Assembly: GCA_951406725.2 (NCBI GenBank)
Contig: OX597822.1
Span: 113,708,001-113,772,000 of the forward strand
Length of the DNA: 64,000 bases
Origin: Octopus vulgaris
Lineage: Eukaryota
Direction: 5' to 3'
Positions 24,712 through 37,790 of the stretch are shown piece after piece; positions within the stretch are counted from its first letter, which is position 1, and each line of letters opens with the position of its first letter. The notes below the pieces were generated by a model. It saw only the letters and a list, made by a program, of their open reading frames with translations, was not told the DNA's origin and made no database searches. A program made the position numbers and the translations under genes.

Positions 24712-27199
24712 TTTATATATATATATATATATACATAGATATATGTATATATATATACAGTAATATGTGTGTGTATTATACACACAATATATATTATGTC
24801 TATATAATGCATATTTACACGCGCACACATATATGTGTATTATGTATGTATGCATGTATGTATGTATGCATGTATGTGTGTGTGTGTGTGTATGTATGTA
24901 CGTGTGCGTGTATATGTACGCAGGCATGGATGGCCGTTTAGTTAAGAAGTTTATATGGCAATCCTGAGATCACGAACTCGATGCTATTTCATGACATCTT
25001 AGGTAAATATTGCTATTCTAGCCTAAGGTTGGCCCAAACTTTCTACCTGGTATTGAGTACTGTGTACCAAATCTGTAATTCAAGGAGTTATCTTTGTCGC
25101 ACACTGTGATTCTGCCTCAAAATTGTGTTAAAAATGCACGTACCTGTGGAATACTCAACCATTCACACAATAATAAGCTGCCGGACGAGATAGTGAAGAT
25201 TCCGACGACCGCTCGGTTCAAAGTCTCTCTTGACCAGAAATGGCCTGAACTCTTTGCATGACCTACTGAACATAACTGTACATAACTCCCTGTCCCCCTA
25301 CATGGCCTTGCTTTTGCTTTTTGAGCCAATAAAAATTGAATTGAATTGAATTGAATATGCTTAAAAGATGACAGTTAGAGAATCTTACTTCAATCTTACT
25401 CTGCCATCATGATATCACTCTTATACGACCAACTATATATTGCATGTCTAGATTAAAGGACATCATTTTTCTGACTTGAATCTTAAGTCAACACTTGGCA
25501 TGATTTTGGCTGCTATTATCGATTTCATATTAGGACAACAGGACAAGCTAATTACCACGATACGTTAGTTAAAGATTTTATTATAAAGGTGTTGTACAAG
25601 GAAATGTTTATCGAGAAGGTTCATGAATTTTACTCCTGCATTAGTTTAAAATTCGAGGAGAAAAAGTGTGAACTGCATAAATTTCCAGGACACATTCCTA
25701 GATTTTTCTTTTTATGCGAGTGGGATATAGAAGATCTGATTCTTAAAGTCGCTATTTCCCCGAATCCTGTTATAGTAGGATACAACCTCTTCAAAAATAT
25801 TTTAGAAAATGATAAATAAAATATCTTATGACTCACATTAGAGATAAAATTTCTGCAAAATATAGCGAAGGGTGTATTAGATTGGTGGAAGATGGAACTA
25901 ACTGAAAGAGGGAAAATTTTGAAACTCCTGCTGGCCTGTGGACTCCTTCTGTTTGGAAGGAACTAAGAGATAGAAAACTTTAATATAAAACCTAACACTT
26001 TAGTATGATTTGGTCGTCTTATTTTTTATGGGAGTGGGGTTGTGTGCCAACGGTAAAAGAGGATTTTGTGCAATGAAGCCGATTCACTGCTATAAACAAA
26101 TTCATAACCGGGTACCTTTCAGTAGGTGTGTTTTTCTCATATGATTGCCACCGACAGTATGATTATTTTTCAAGTACAATGGTGTTGAGGCTTCGATGGA
26201 GTGTACAAATTTAATGGACGGGAAAACCTAGCAAGCAGGTGGCTTAGAACTTAACAACAATGCTTCAATCGTCTGTCCAGTGTGCAGTAAAGAGGGCCAC
26301 TGGTTAAAATTCTTCAGATGTCACCTTGGTGTTTTTGAGTCGTAAAGTGGACTGATATAGATCAGAGAGTAATCACACTCGAAATCTAAGGGACATCCAT
26401 CATACATAGTCTTTCATTCTTTTACTTGTTTTAGTCATCAGATTGCGGCCATGCTGAGGCAGTACCTTGAAAACTTTTAGTCGAACGAATCGACCGCAGT
26501 ACGTTTTTTTAACCTAGTACTTTTTCTACCGGTCTCTTTTGCCGAACCGCTAAGTTACGGAACATAAGCACACTAGCACCAATTGTCAAGCGGTGTTGGG
26601 GGACAAACGCAGACACAAAGACACACACACATACATATACGACGGATTTCTTTCAGTCTCCTTTTACCAAATCTACTCACAAGGTTTTGGTCGGCATGAG
26701 GCCATAATAGACGACACTTCGGTGGGATTGAACCCGGAGCCATGTCAACTGGAAAGCAAATTTCTTACCACACAGCCACGCCTTCCACGGTATTCAGCTT
26801 TATGAATCTCACGACAGACGGATTTGGTTGATACAGGATTGGTTAGATGGTGGTTTAGCCATGCTATCACTTTCGCTGCCGTAATTCGATGGTTTTTAGA
26901 CACAAAACGTTCTACTATTCAAGTGTCTCTTTCTGTGAGTTTTGTCTTCTGACCATGCTAACATGAATGTACCTCTCTAAATATTCAAAAGTAATTCAGT
27001 ATTTTCAGTGATTGAAGCTCTGCAATTCTCGCTCCAACAATTTGTTCTCTTAGGAAATCAGATAGGTCACGCATTTTAACTTATATAAATATATATATTT
27101 GTAAATAAAGGAAAACAGAGAGTCATGTCACGAAATACATGTCCTGCATGATGCATATGAATACACATATACAGAGTAGAGAAGTTTTGAATTTGTCAT

Positions 27200-28340
27200 A
27201 TTGTGTGTAGAACATGCTTGAAAATTTTCGCCCCTGTAGACCGCATCAGTTCGCACGTACTGCGCGCTTGTCGAATTTTCGTTTTCATGCAAAATGACTG
27301 TGCAGAGATATTGCATAAGCTTTGACAAAAGCTTGGTGTTACTCAAACTCAAACCATCCAGAACGTTCAGTAGACCTTTGGCAATGATGCCATTGGCAAA
27401 ACTCAGATCAAGGAGTTGTACAACTGCTTCAGACATGGCCGCACCTGTGGGGAGCGGGCACGTTCAGGTAGGCCTTCCACAAACCAAAACGAGGAGCCGA
27501 TTGAGAAGGTCTGGCGAATAGTCATGGAAGACCATCGTGTAACAATCCAGGAAATTGCTCATGAAGTGGGAATAAGCACAGAATCAGTGCATTCCATCTT
27601 AACATAGAATTTGTGCATGCAGAAGGTGTCGGTGTAATTCTCCAAGGTGCTAGCGAGGCAGCAGAAACGACTACGCATAGAAACCGCTCAGGACATGGCT
27701 AGGCTGTGAAGCCATGACCTAGATTTCATGAAGACCATTATCACTGGTAATGAACCATGGGTTTTTGGTTACGACCTAGAAACCAAGTTCCAGTCCTCCC
27801 AATGGAAGCATCCGTCATCACCAATGCCCAAAAGAGCACAACAGGTTCGCAGCAATGTGAAGGAAAATTTAACCTGTTTCTTTGAATCACGTGGTATTGC
27901 GGATTATGAATACGCACCGCAAGGCCAAACAGTCAACAAGGAATGCTAACTGGAGGTTATATGTCGCCTTTGTGATGCTTTGCGTCGAAAGCGATCGGAC
28001 ATAAGGGCGGCGAAGAATTGGCAACTTCACCACGACCATGCGAGTGCTCATTCCACCCACATAATCCAACTTTCCTGGTCAAGAACAACACACCATTTGT
28101 TCGACCGGCTCCCGACTCTCCTAATGTGGCACCGTGTGACTTCTGGCTCTTCCTGAAATGGAATACCACGCTGAAAAAGAAGCGATTTGAGTCGCGAGAG
28201 GAAATCATGAGAACAAAGACGTCGGAGCTCCATCATTCAAGAGAAGGCAGAATTACTGGGAGAAGTGTGTCAACTCCCAACGGCAGTATTATGTAGATGA
28301 TTGGACAAAACTATTCCCAAAGGTCGGATAACTTTTGATA
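27200..28340 (+). pseudogene. Decayed mariner (DD34D) transposase / element
   Basis: QRYCISF...RSGRPST...VTIQEIAHEVGISTESVHSILT, IITGNEPWVFGYDLETKFQSSQW, WQLHHDHASAH and PDSPNVAPCDFWLF, with stops and frameshifts; TIR-like end ggtcggataacttttga followed by TA. Confidence 0.85.
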
Positions 28341-28434
28341 TTTGTGTGTGTGTATGTGTGTGTGTGCGTGCATGTATGTGTGTGTATGTGAGTCTGCTTA
28401 TAGATATATATGTATGTATGTATATATATATATA

Positions 28435-29320
28435 CGAGATTTGATCAATAAGTATCCTGATTGTTACTATAGTAACGAAGCTAGAGCACGCAGTGTGGCG
28501 CTACTCGGCAAAAATTGCCCTTGAACTCTGCTGCGCACTAAGTTTTAACGTTCTAGTTCACTTCCGCTGTTTGCAGCAGTGGTTGGAAAGAACGTGTGCA
28601 GTGTGTGATCGTCGCATTGACCATGATAGAGAAAGTTGTCGTGGCGATACCTCCTCAGAGGCCTACACAAAGTTGCAGAAAGTGTATGGAGAGGAGTGTA
28701 TGAGCCGCACACAAGTGTAAGAGTGGTCCAGACCTTTCCAAGATGAACGAAGAAATGTCGATATTGACGAATGTTCTAGGAGACCGCAACCAGCAGGACT
28801 GAGAAAAACATCGCATATGTGCGTGTAGCTGTGAGGGAAATCGTCGAATCATAATCCATAAGTTATCAGGGGATGTCCAGGTTAGTAACTGTCAGTTCAG
28901 TCCATTAACACTGAAGATTTAGATATGAGACTCGCGTCTACCAAGTTTGTGCCCAAACTACTTTCAGCAGACCAAAAAGACACCTGGATTTCAGTTGCAC
29001 AAGATCTCCTTGATTGTATGGAGAACGATGTAAACTTATTGAAAACTTTGTGTAGGCCTCTGAACAGGTATCACCAGGCATTTGGCAAAATTTGATGCAG
29101 ATTCTCTGCTCAACTTTTTCTGTCATGGCCAACGCGGCGATCACACGCTACACACCTTCCATCCATGCACTGTTGTAAACAGCTGAAGTGAGCTAAAATG
29201 TTAACCCTTATTGCACTTGCACAGCAGAGTTTAAGGTCAATTTGTGCGAAGCGACTTCACTTTGCGTGCTTTTGCTTCGTTACTATGGCAACAGTCCGGA
29301 TACATATTGATCAGACCATG
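28435..29320. mobile_element. Mariner-derived non-autonomous element built from two left ends
   Basis: TA-flanked TIRs cgagatttgatcaataagtatcc / ggatacatattgatcagaccatg. The transposase N-terminus (MTEKVEQRICIKFCQ..GDTCSEAYTK) is on the minus strand at about 29040-29126, and a deleted version (GDTSSEAYTKLQKVYGEECMSRTQV) is on the plus strand at about 28623-28720. Confidence 0.75.
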
Positions 29321-29371
29321 TACGTACATATACAATATATAAATATGTAAATATGTGTGTGTGTATATATA

Positions 29372-29412
<41 letters not shown>

Positions 29413-29518
29413 CATATATATATGCAAGAAAAAATGGAGGAAAATAGGAAGAAGTTGGTCGTTTGCGCTAGTAAGCCATTAATTTAATTAATTAAAACAG
29501 AAAAGTGGTAGTAATAGT

Positions 29519-29572
29519 ACATTTATGATCGTTTCCGTTTACCTCTTGTAGTGGGAGACATCATCAGAATGC
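29519..29572 (-). ncRNA. Type I hammerhead motif
   Basis: Minus strand: GCATT-CTGATGA-TGT...ACG-GAAA-C-GATC-ATA-AATGT, with a stem III C/A mismatch and palindromic loop GATC. Confidence 0.6.
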
Positions 29573-29796
29573 ATAGTCATATGTAGAGGTAAGAAGAGCG
29601 AAAGGCATAGGAATCCATTGGTAATGAGATTGAAGACAAAGAATGGTGACTCTTACATTATAGTAGATTTCATTGTTGATAATTCTATTGCGAAGTAGAT
29701 GAATAATAAATATTTAAAAAATATAAAGAAATATATAAATATATAAAAATACATATATATAGGAAACATATAAATATATAATATATAAGGGTTTTT

Positions 29797-29878
29797 TTTC
29801 CCTGATGAAGAAGTAATTATCGTGATGCACCCTCGTGCATTAAATACGGTAATGAACCGCTGAAATGGCCATAGGGAA
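29797..29878 (+). ncRNA. Type I hammerhead motif in an AT-rich fold-back (arms about 29702-29790 and 29995-30078)
   Basis: TTTCC-CTGATGA(29802-29808)-AG...CT-GAAA(29862-29865)-T-GGCC-ATA-GGGAA; loop 2 holds two hairpins (ATGCAC/GTGCAT and CGGT/ACCG). Confidence 0.65.
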
Positions 29879-30408
29879 TGTAAATATGGTTTCTTATTTT
29901 TTGCTTGGACACTGACTTTTCATAATGGGTTTTCCCTTATCTTAAAAAGTAATTTACAATCGAAAAAATTTCTAAACGATGAACTTTTATCTTACCTTAT
30001 ATATTATATATTTATATGTTTCCTGTATATATGTATTTTTATATTTTTATATATTTATATTTTTATATATTTATTATTCTACATGTTATAATGTTAAAAT
30101 ATATTTTTTAGTCGCTAAATTATTAATCATTAACTTTTAACCTTATTCACACATTTTGTTTATATTTTTCTTATATGCTTGTATTGATGAATTATGTTTC
30201 ATCCTCTGTGATTTTATGCATCTATATTCTATGTGTAAGAAAAAGTATTATGTGATTAAATGTTCGAGATTTAAAATGCTACGTGGATGACCTTATATTT
30301 GTTTGTTCTGCAACCATAGATAAACTATATTTGTCTCATTTAATTGAGCACTTCTATAGCAGTCTTATTAAACACTTTGTTCCTGATAAGAAACAATCAC
30401 TTTATTAT

Positions 30409-30479
<71 letters not shown>

Positions 30480-30621
30480 TACATATATACATATATATAT
30501 AGAGAGAGAGAGACAGGGAGAGAGGAGAGAGAGGGAGAGAGAGAGAGCGGTGCGAAACTGAGTATTACTATTTTGGTTGATAACTGATGAAGAATTAGAG
30601 ACCGTCTTTGTCGTATATATC

Positions 30622-30730
30622 TCAGTCGTTTATTTACAATGCATTTTCCATTTAGTATATGTGTGTATGTGTGTGTGTGTGTGTGTATACATATACATAT
30701 ATATATCCATATATATATATACATATATAT

Positions 30731-30774
<44 letters not shown>

Positions 30775-30882
30775 ATATATATATATATATATGGATATAT
30801 ATATGGATATATATATGTATATGTATACACACACACATACACACATATACTAAATGGAAAATGCATTGTAAATAAACGACTG
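30622..30882. repeat. Palindrome centred on a (TA)n-rich microsatellite
   Basis: tcagtcgtttatttacaatgcattttccatttagtatatgtgtg is mirrored at about 30840-30882. Confidence 0.8.
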
Positions 30883-30924
<42 letters not shown>

Positions 30925-30979
30925 ATATGTATATATATATGTATACATATATATATATATATATCCACATATATATATA

Positions 30980-31012
<33 letters not shown>

Positions 31013-31045
31013 ATACATATATATATATATATATATATGTGTATG

Positions 31046-31113
<68 letters not shown>

Positions 31114-31972
31114 CATACACGATCTACGAGCATATTTGTATGCGTGTGTGTGTATGTGTGTGTGTGTGCGTGTGTGTGTGTAAAGCATTTAAAAAGCTAT
31201 TCATAGATGTAAAAACGCAGTGTTCAACAGTTGCTAGATTTATGAGGGGAAAGCAAAATGGCCGTGCCGGCACAATATGAAGTCATCTCGCAACCATTTG
31301 TATTACATCGAAGAACGAGACAAAGCCAAGCAACTGACATGTGTTAGAAATTGAAAAAAAGTTAAGTTGTGCATACAGTCATGGTACATGCTAATGATTG
31401 ACTGCATGATATTTCTCACAGTATGTTGACAAAATCGTAACCGTATGGGGATAATTATACAGAAGGTTCTATAGTCGCTAAAATAGAGGCGCTCAGACAG
31501 TGAGAGACAATTATTAAAATGCTTCACTGAAGTTAGCAAATATTTCTTTACTAAACAAAAGAAAAAAAAACTAAACAGTTGTTTAGTAAAAAACTGAATT
31601 TATTGATAAAACCAATTTGAAAAAAGTTCTCGATAATTTGCAAGTATTGACGTAGGGGTAACAATATTTATAAGAATGTTTATTATCGAATAAAAAAAAT
31701 CTTTATTATCGAATAGAAAAACCTTTGTTTAACATATTTCTTGCAGCTTACTTATTCTATCAAAGCTTATCATGCAAACGTTGCTACGTTTCTCATTGCT
31801 GATTGAGAAAGTTACGAATACGTAATGAATGATTGGAAATATTGATTAATAAAAAGGTTACCTGTATGTTGTCAGTGTGTTATTACTGGCAGGATGGCGT
31901 TTCCAAAATACACTCATAAATGCTTCAACATACAGTTTTCCATCAAGTCTATTGCCAACCCAAGGTTATAAT

Positions 31973-32022
<50 letters not shown>

Positions 32023-32311
32023 ATAATAAGTGTAGGTGGCATATCAGTGGGTATATATTTATAAAAAAAGAAGTTTGAAAACGCCACTATATAAGATAAA
32101 TTTTAATTTTCTTAGAGATTTTACATGTTTCTGTTCTTTTTGAAAAAACGAACCTTATCAATATAAGTATTTTCATACTTACAGCCAACGAATCTAGTCA
32201 ACGCACAAGACAGCCATTATGCTCCCCACCACAAAATACCACCACGCGGACTCTATTGAGACTAGTAAGAAACAATTATGAACTTTTTTATTACACTTAA
32301 CTTTTTAAAAT

Positions 32312-32367
32312 ATTTTTGATAAGGTTCGTTTTTTCAAGAGGAACCGAAAAACCGAAACATGTAAAAT
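32312..32367 (+). ncRNA. Hammerhead motif with U3-A8 covariant core, in fold-back element 32052-32430
   Basis: ATTT-TTGATAA(32316-32322)-GGTT...AACC-GAAA-C-AT-GTA-AAAT; the inverted arm carries a second copy at about 32118-32164 (-). Confidence 0.6.
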
Positions 32368-32420
32368 CTCCGAGAAAATTAAAATTAATATTATATAGTG
32401 GCGTTTTCAAACTTCTTTTT

Positions 32421-32497
<77 letters not shown>

Positions 32498-32527
32498 CAT
32501 ATAAGAGGGAAATTAAATTTAAATTTA

Positions 32528-32582
<55 letters not shown>

Positions 32583-32586
<4 letters not shown>

Positions 32587-33849
32587 CTGAATAAAAAGTA
32601 AGCAACGTTTTGAAATATGAAATTTATCACAATATATTTCAACAACGCAGAAATTTTATTCATCAAAATAAGTACCATTACAATCAACACATTCTTGCCA
32701 ACGAGTTACAAGTTTGTTTATTCCGGTGACATAAAAATCTGGAGTTCTGGAGCTGATGGACGTTTTAAACGCACTTTCAGCATCAGTTTGATTTTTGAAC
32801 TCCTCTCGCAGGAAACCATCAAGGTGCTTGAAAAAGTGGTAGTCGGCAGGAGAAAGATCTGGGGATTAAGCTGGGCGGGGAACAATTTCGTGGCAAACTT
32901 CCCTCAATTTCTGGAGCGTCGTTATGAAACGTAGGGTCGAGCATTGTCATGGAGAATGAGTGGCCTTCTGTTGACCAGTCTGGGACGGAGGAGTAGCAGT
33001 TTTTCGTTCACTTTGGCAAATTCATGGCAATATATTTCTGCAGTAATGGATTTTCCGGGTTTTAAGAAGTCGTTGTGGATAAGTCCAGCAGTACATCACC
33101 AATCACCATAATCTTCTTTTTGAAGACCTCGGGTTTAGGGAAGGTTTTCGGTGCTTCATTTTGATCCAGCTACTACGAAGAGAGTTTTTTTATTATTGTA
33201 CAGAATCCACTTTTTCATTGCAAGTTACGGTCGAGAAATGGATCGGTATGGTTACGGAGAAAAAGCGGCGACGAGCAAATTTCATGTTTGCACATTTTCT
33301 GATTTTCATTCAAATCGTGTGGTGCCCATTTGTCGAGCTTTTTTGATTTTCCGATCGCATGCAAATGGTTGCAGGCAGTTTTCTGGCTAACTTGAAATTC
33401 ATTTGCCAGTTCTAGTTTTACGTGGAACTTTCTCAATGGCAGTCTTTAATTGACCGTCATCGATGATAGATGGGCGTCCACTACGCTCGCGATCTTCAAG
33501 GTTTGGGTCTCTACTGTGAACTCGTTTAAACCATTTTCGAGCTGACCACTCACTAGTCATTTCCTCACCAAACGTTTCGTTGAGATCGCGAGTAATTTCA
33601 GCTGCTTTACATCCTTTTTTGAAGTTGAATAACAAAATTGCTCGAATCTCGCGCTTTGACAGTTCCACTTCAGATGATTATAACAAATGTGAAAAAAAAT
33701 CAATGTTAATTTATTGATGCATTTGGGCAAGTCTGTGTCTGTATTATCAGACAAATGCAAAAAAAAAACGCTTAAAAGAAATTCAAAACTCTGCAAAAAT
33801 CCGGTACAATTTCTTCGTGGTTCAAAACGTTGCTTACTTTTTACTCAAC

Positions 33850-33852
<3 letters not shown>
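32583..33852 (-). mobile_element. Near full-length decayed mariner (Hsmar1/SETMAR-like transposase) inserted in (TA)n
   Basis: TIRs aggctgaataaaaagtaagcaacgttttgaa / ttcaaaacgttgcttactttttactcaacct, about 1.27 kb apart. ORF pieces MELSKREIRAILLFNFKKGCKAAE...LEDRERSGRPS and HLHAIGKSKKLDKWAPHDLNENQK are frameshifted. Confidence 0.9.
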
Positions 33853-33912
<60 letters not shown>

Positions 33913-34699
33913 GCACATACACACACACACACACACACACAGATACACAGATAAGAGAAATGAGAGAATACATGTTTAGTCTATTTGTTAATTCCATTTG
34001 TAATCTATGTTGGGTTGCATAAGCGATGTATACAGTCGTTCTACACCTAATATTGTTTTCATTTTTATTAAGCTTTCTTCCTAAAGTGTCTTGCGTAATA
34101 GAATATTTACTCAATACCATAGCAACGTATTATAACTCTTTTAATAATTTGATCCTAAAAATTATAATTTTTTTCTGTGATTTTCTGTAGAAGGCATTTG
34201 TATCAATGTGCTCTTTAATTGGGTGTGTGCAGTTTGCGAATGCTGCTGCCAATACAAGATCTGCTACATTCATCAAAAATTATAAGGGGACTCGTAAGTA
34301 TATTCAAATATTTCGATAACTTCTAAAGGAGATTCGGCGACCAAGCTGCAGCTCAAAAACACTTTCGAAGACTCCATTGGTTCCAAAACATCAGAATTCT
34401 AGGCTACCGAATAAATTTGTTTCTTGTTGGCATAACTTTGTGCATTCAGTAAACAAATATGAATTTTATGTACATGTGTGTGTGTGTGTGTGTGTGTATA
34501 ATTTTACGTGTACATGTATGTTTATATTGTACTGTAGTAGTATTTAACAGAGTTGTTCTTTAATTCATAATAAAGTCAGTATATATTAGAATTAAGTTAT
34601 ATAAAGTAATTCTAGTTATGGAAAAATCAATGGATTTAAAGTATTTTAAAGTTTTAAATGTTAGGCTTAAACATAGACGTATGAATAGGTGTGGCTATG

Positions 34700-34761
<62 letters not shown>

Positions 34762-34820
34762 TATACATATATATATATGTGTGTGTGTGTGTGAATGTAA
34801 TATGTGACAATTATTCGGTA

Positions 34821-34890
34821 GCCATGATAAAACTCCGAGTTTCGGATGCCGAGGTGGAAATCCACGCCGCCATCTCTTCAGTTATTTGGC
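34821..34890 (-). ncRNA. Type I hammerhead motif in hairpin 34794-34983
   Basis: Minus strand: GCCA..ATAA-CTGAAGA-GATG...CATC(C)-GAAA-CT-CGG-AGTT-TTAT..TGGC. Confidence 0.6.
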
Positions 34891-35106
34891 CATCGGAAAA
34901 ATGCCATTTTCCGATGGCCAGATAACTGAAGAGATGGCGGCGTGGATTTCCATGGCTACCGAATAATTGTCACATATTACATTTATAGATAAATTCCTCT
35001 ATTTACATAATATCGAGGTCCCTTTCTCTTGTTGTCTTACCATTTTTATTAGTAATATATATATATATATATATATATATACTTATTATTTGTATATTGA
35101 ATATAT

Positions 35107-35133
35107 GTGTGTGTACGTATAAGTGTGACTATA

Positions 35134-35183
<50 letters not shown>

Positions 35184-35210
35184 TATAGTCACACTTATAC
35201 GTACACACAC
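35107..35210. repeat. Perfect palindrome around (TA)n
   Basis: gtgtgtgtacgtataagtgtgactatattaa-(TA)n-ttaatatagtcacacttatacgtacacacac. Confidence 0.85.
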
Positions 35211-36222
35211 GATAAAATAAGTACCAGTTGAATACTGGGGTTGATGTAATCGACTTACCCCGTCCCTCGAAATTGCTAGCCTTGTACCAAAGTTTGAAAT
35301 CAATACATTATTATTTGCATGTGTCGATTGAATGTATGTGCGCGCTTTTGTAACAAACGTGGGAGAAATAAATCGAATGATATTATTAGAAATGGAGAGA
35401 AAGGGGGAGAGAGAGTGAAAGAGAGAAGAGTTAATGCTTGGGGTTAAAAGGTCACTAAATGAGAGAATTAGCAAGAAAAAGTGAGAAGAGAAGGAATATA
35501 GAATAGAGTTGGTAAATAAAATAAAGCAAATAAAGCAAATGAAATTTTTAAAATTATTAAATTGAGAGAGAACAATGGTAGAGTTAGTACGTTAGTAGAT
35601 CTTAATTCCTTCCTCAACATCCAAAGGTGTTTAATGAACTATGGATTAAAAATGATCAAAAATAAAAGGTTCTGAATTAATAAAGTCAGCAGCAGTCAAT
35701 ATCATTATAGTCATCATTCAACGGAAAATGCTGGATGATTAGATCGAAAATAGCTATTTTTAAATGTATTACCTGAAAAAAATTAATTTTTTTTTAATTA
35801 ACGATACAAATAAAGTACTATAAAAATTACTTTAGTCTTCCTGTTTAATTCTCTATATTTTTTCGTTTTGTCTATATCATTGTGGTTTTCCGATTCAATA
35901 ATGGATTAATAGCTCCAGCTAATATTTACGCTGTTTTTATTATCCTTTATCCTGTCACAATATTTCACTCATGTCTTCTCTCTCCATATTATTATTCAAA
36001 TATTTTTACACTTTTAAATAGAGAACCAAACTTATTTTTATATGCTATTTAGTACTAAGGAGAATAGCCTCTCACAATCCATGAATAACAAACTATACAT
36101 TATAAACTCTAGTTATAAAAGTATGAATTATAAGCTATAAATTAGATATTTTGAATTCGTGCCATTAAATTGTTATCCAACTAATCCTTAAATACAGCGG
36201 AGATAATCATACCTGATTTATA

Positions 36223-36428
36223 AGGCGGCGAGCTGGCAGAACCGTTAGCACGCCGGGCGAAATGCGTAACCGTATTTCGTCTGCCGTTACGTCGACTTTG
36301 CCCTTCATCCTTTCGGGGTCGATAAATTAAGTACAAGTTACGCACTGGGGTCAATGTAATCGACTTAATCCGTTTCTCTGTCCTTGTTTGTCCCCTCTAT
36401 GTTTAGCCCCTTGTGGGCAATAAAGAAA
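36223..36428 (+). mobile_element. SINE family A with the B-box segment deleted
   Basis: gttac|gtcgac junction removes the B-box; flanking agataatcatacc duplication; a further family A copy lies at about 36850-37190. Confidence 0.8.
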
Positions 36429-37536
36429 CAGATAATCATACCAGATTTATAAAACATAATCTATTTAATTTGTTTCGACTTTTTGCATTCAGAGTTCAAA
36501 TCCGGCCGACTGGCTATGATCTTTTCGTTAACGATAAAAAAAAAAAAAGTACCAGCTTATGGAGGTAGATATGCAGAACTACTAGACTACCGATCGAAAT
36601 ACCTTGCGATATCTGTTCGAACTTTTTGTTTTCTGAAAAAAACTCTTTCAACAACATTGATGGCACATTAGTGTCAAATTGAACTTAAGAATGCGGCCAT
36701 TCCCTTGGATTAGCATCGGGAGTATGGAGAGGGTAAACTTGCATACATGGACAACTACTAGACTTTCTCAAAAGAAAAGACAAGATAATCTCAATGGCGA
36801 ATATTATTGTATTTTGAAAACGTTTAAATTAATATTAATTGTTGAGTTACGGCGGTGAACCGGCGGGATTGTTAGCACGCCAGGTAAGATAATTAGCGGT
36901 ATTTCGTCTGTCGTTACGTTCTGAGTTCAAATTCCGCCGAGGTTGACTTTGCCTTTCATTCTTTCGGGGTCGATTAAAATAAGTACCAGTTGCGCACTGG
37001 GGTCGATATAATCGACTTAACCCCTTTGTCTGTCCTTGTTTGTCCCCACTGTGTTTAGCCGTGATCGACTTAGTCTTTCATCCTTTCGGGCACGATAAAA
37101 TAAGTACTAGCTGAGCGCTGGGGTCGAGGTAATCAACTTACCTCCTACCCCGAAATTGCTGGCCTTGTGCCAAAATTTTAAGCCAATATTAATTGTTGAG
37201 TTAATGCCATCTTCTCCTCGCTGCATAAGTATTTCTTAGACTTTTAATACCCATTGCGTATTGTTTGTTACCTTCATAAAAAAAAAAAATCAACTTCCAT
37301 TTTGATAGAGATGTTCCCACAGACTGAAACTAATCAAGAGGAAATATCACCGTAAAAGGAAAATTTAAATGGGAGTTCATCCCAAAATTAATATAGATTT
37401 AATTCATACATAGATTAGATAATTAAGCGTCCTTATGAGGATGTGTGCTTAACTGAATATTTAGTCCCTGTTGCTCTTCCTATTAGATATGGAGTATCTG
37501 AAAGAATTTTTTACTGAATACATACATACATATATA

Positions 37537-37603
<67 letters not shown>

Positions 37604-37689
37604 TTTATTTAAAGCAGCAGAAAATTCAAAAAACCTGTTATCTGAGTTTCCCGTTGCCGTTCACGAGGAAAGGAAGGAAAGAAGGAGGA

Positions 37690-37722
37690 TTTAACGTTTC
37701 GAGCAGAGCTCTTCGTCAGAAA
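37690..37722 (-). ncRNA. Minimal type I hammerhead motif
   Basis: Minus strand: TTT-CTGACGA-A-GAGC-TCT-GCTC-GAAA-C-GTT-AAA (palindrome AACGTT), inside a ~190-bp insert in (TA)n. Confidence 0.7.
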
Positions 37723-37790
37723 CATAGAAAAAGGAAAGATCCAAGGAAGGGAAGACGGAGAAAGAAAATCGCCAACGATACACACGCGGT

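Noticed and set aside
25560-26400. Coding-like block (ORF 25589-25819 and a CPVC motif near 26275)
   Set aside because: No recognisable domain and no clear splice sites; probably decayed retroelement sequence, unassigned.
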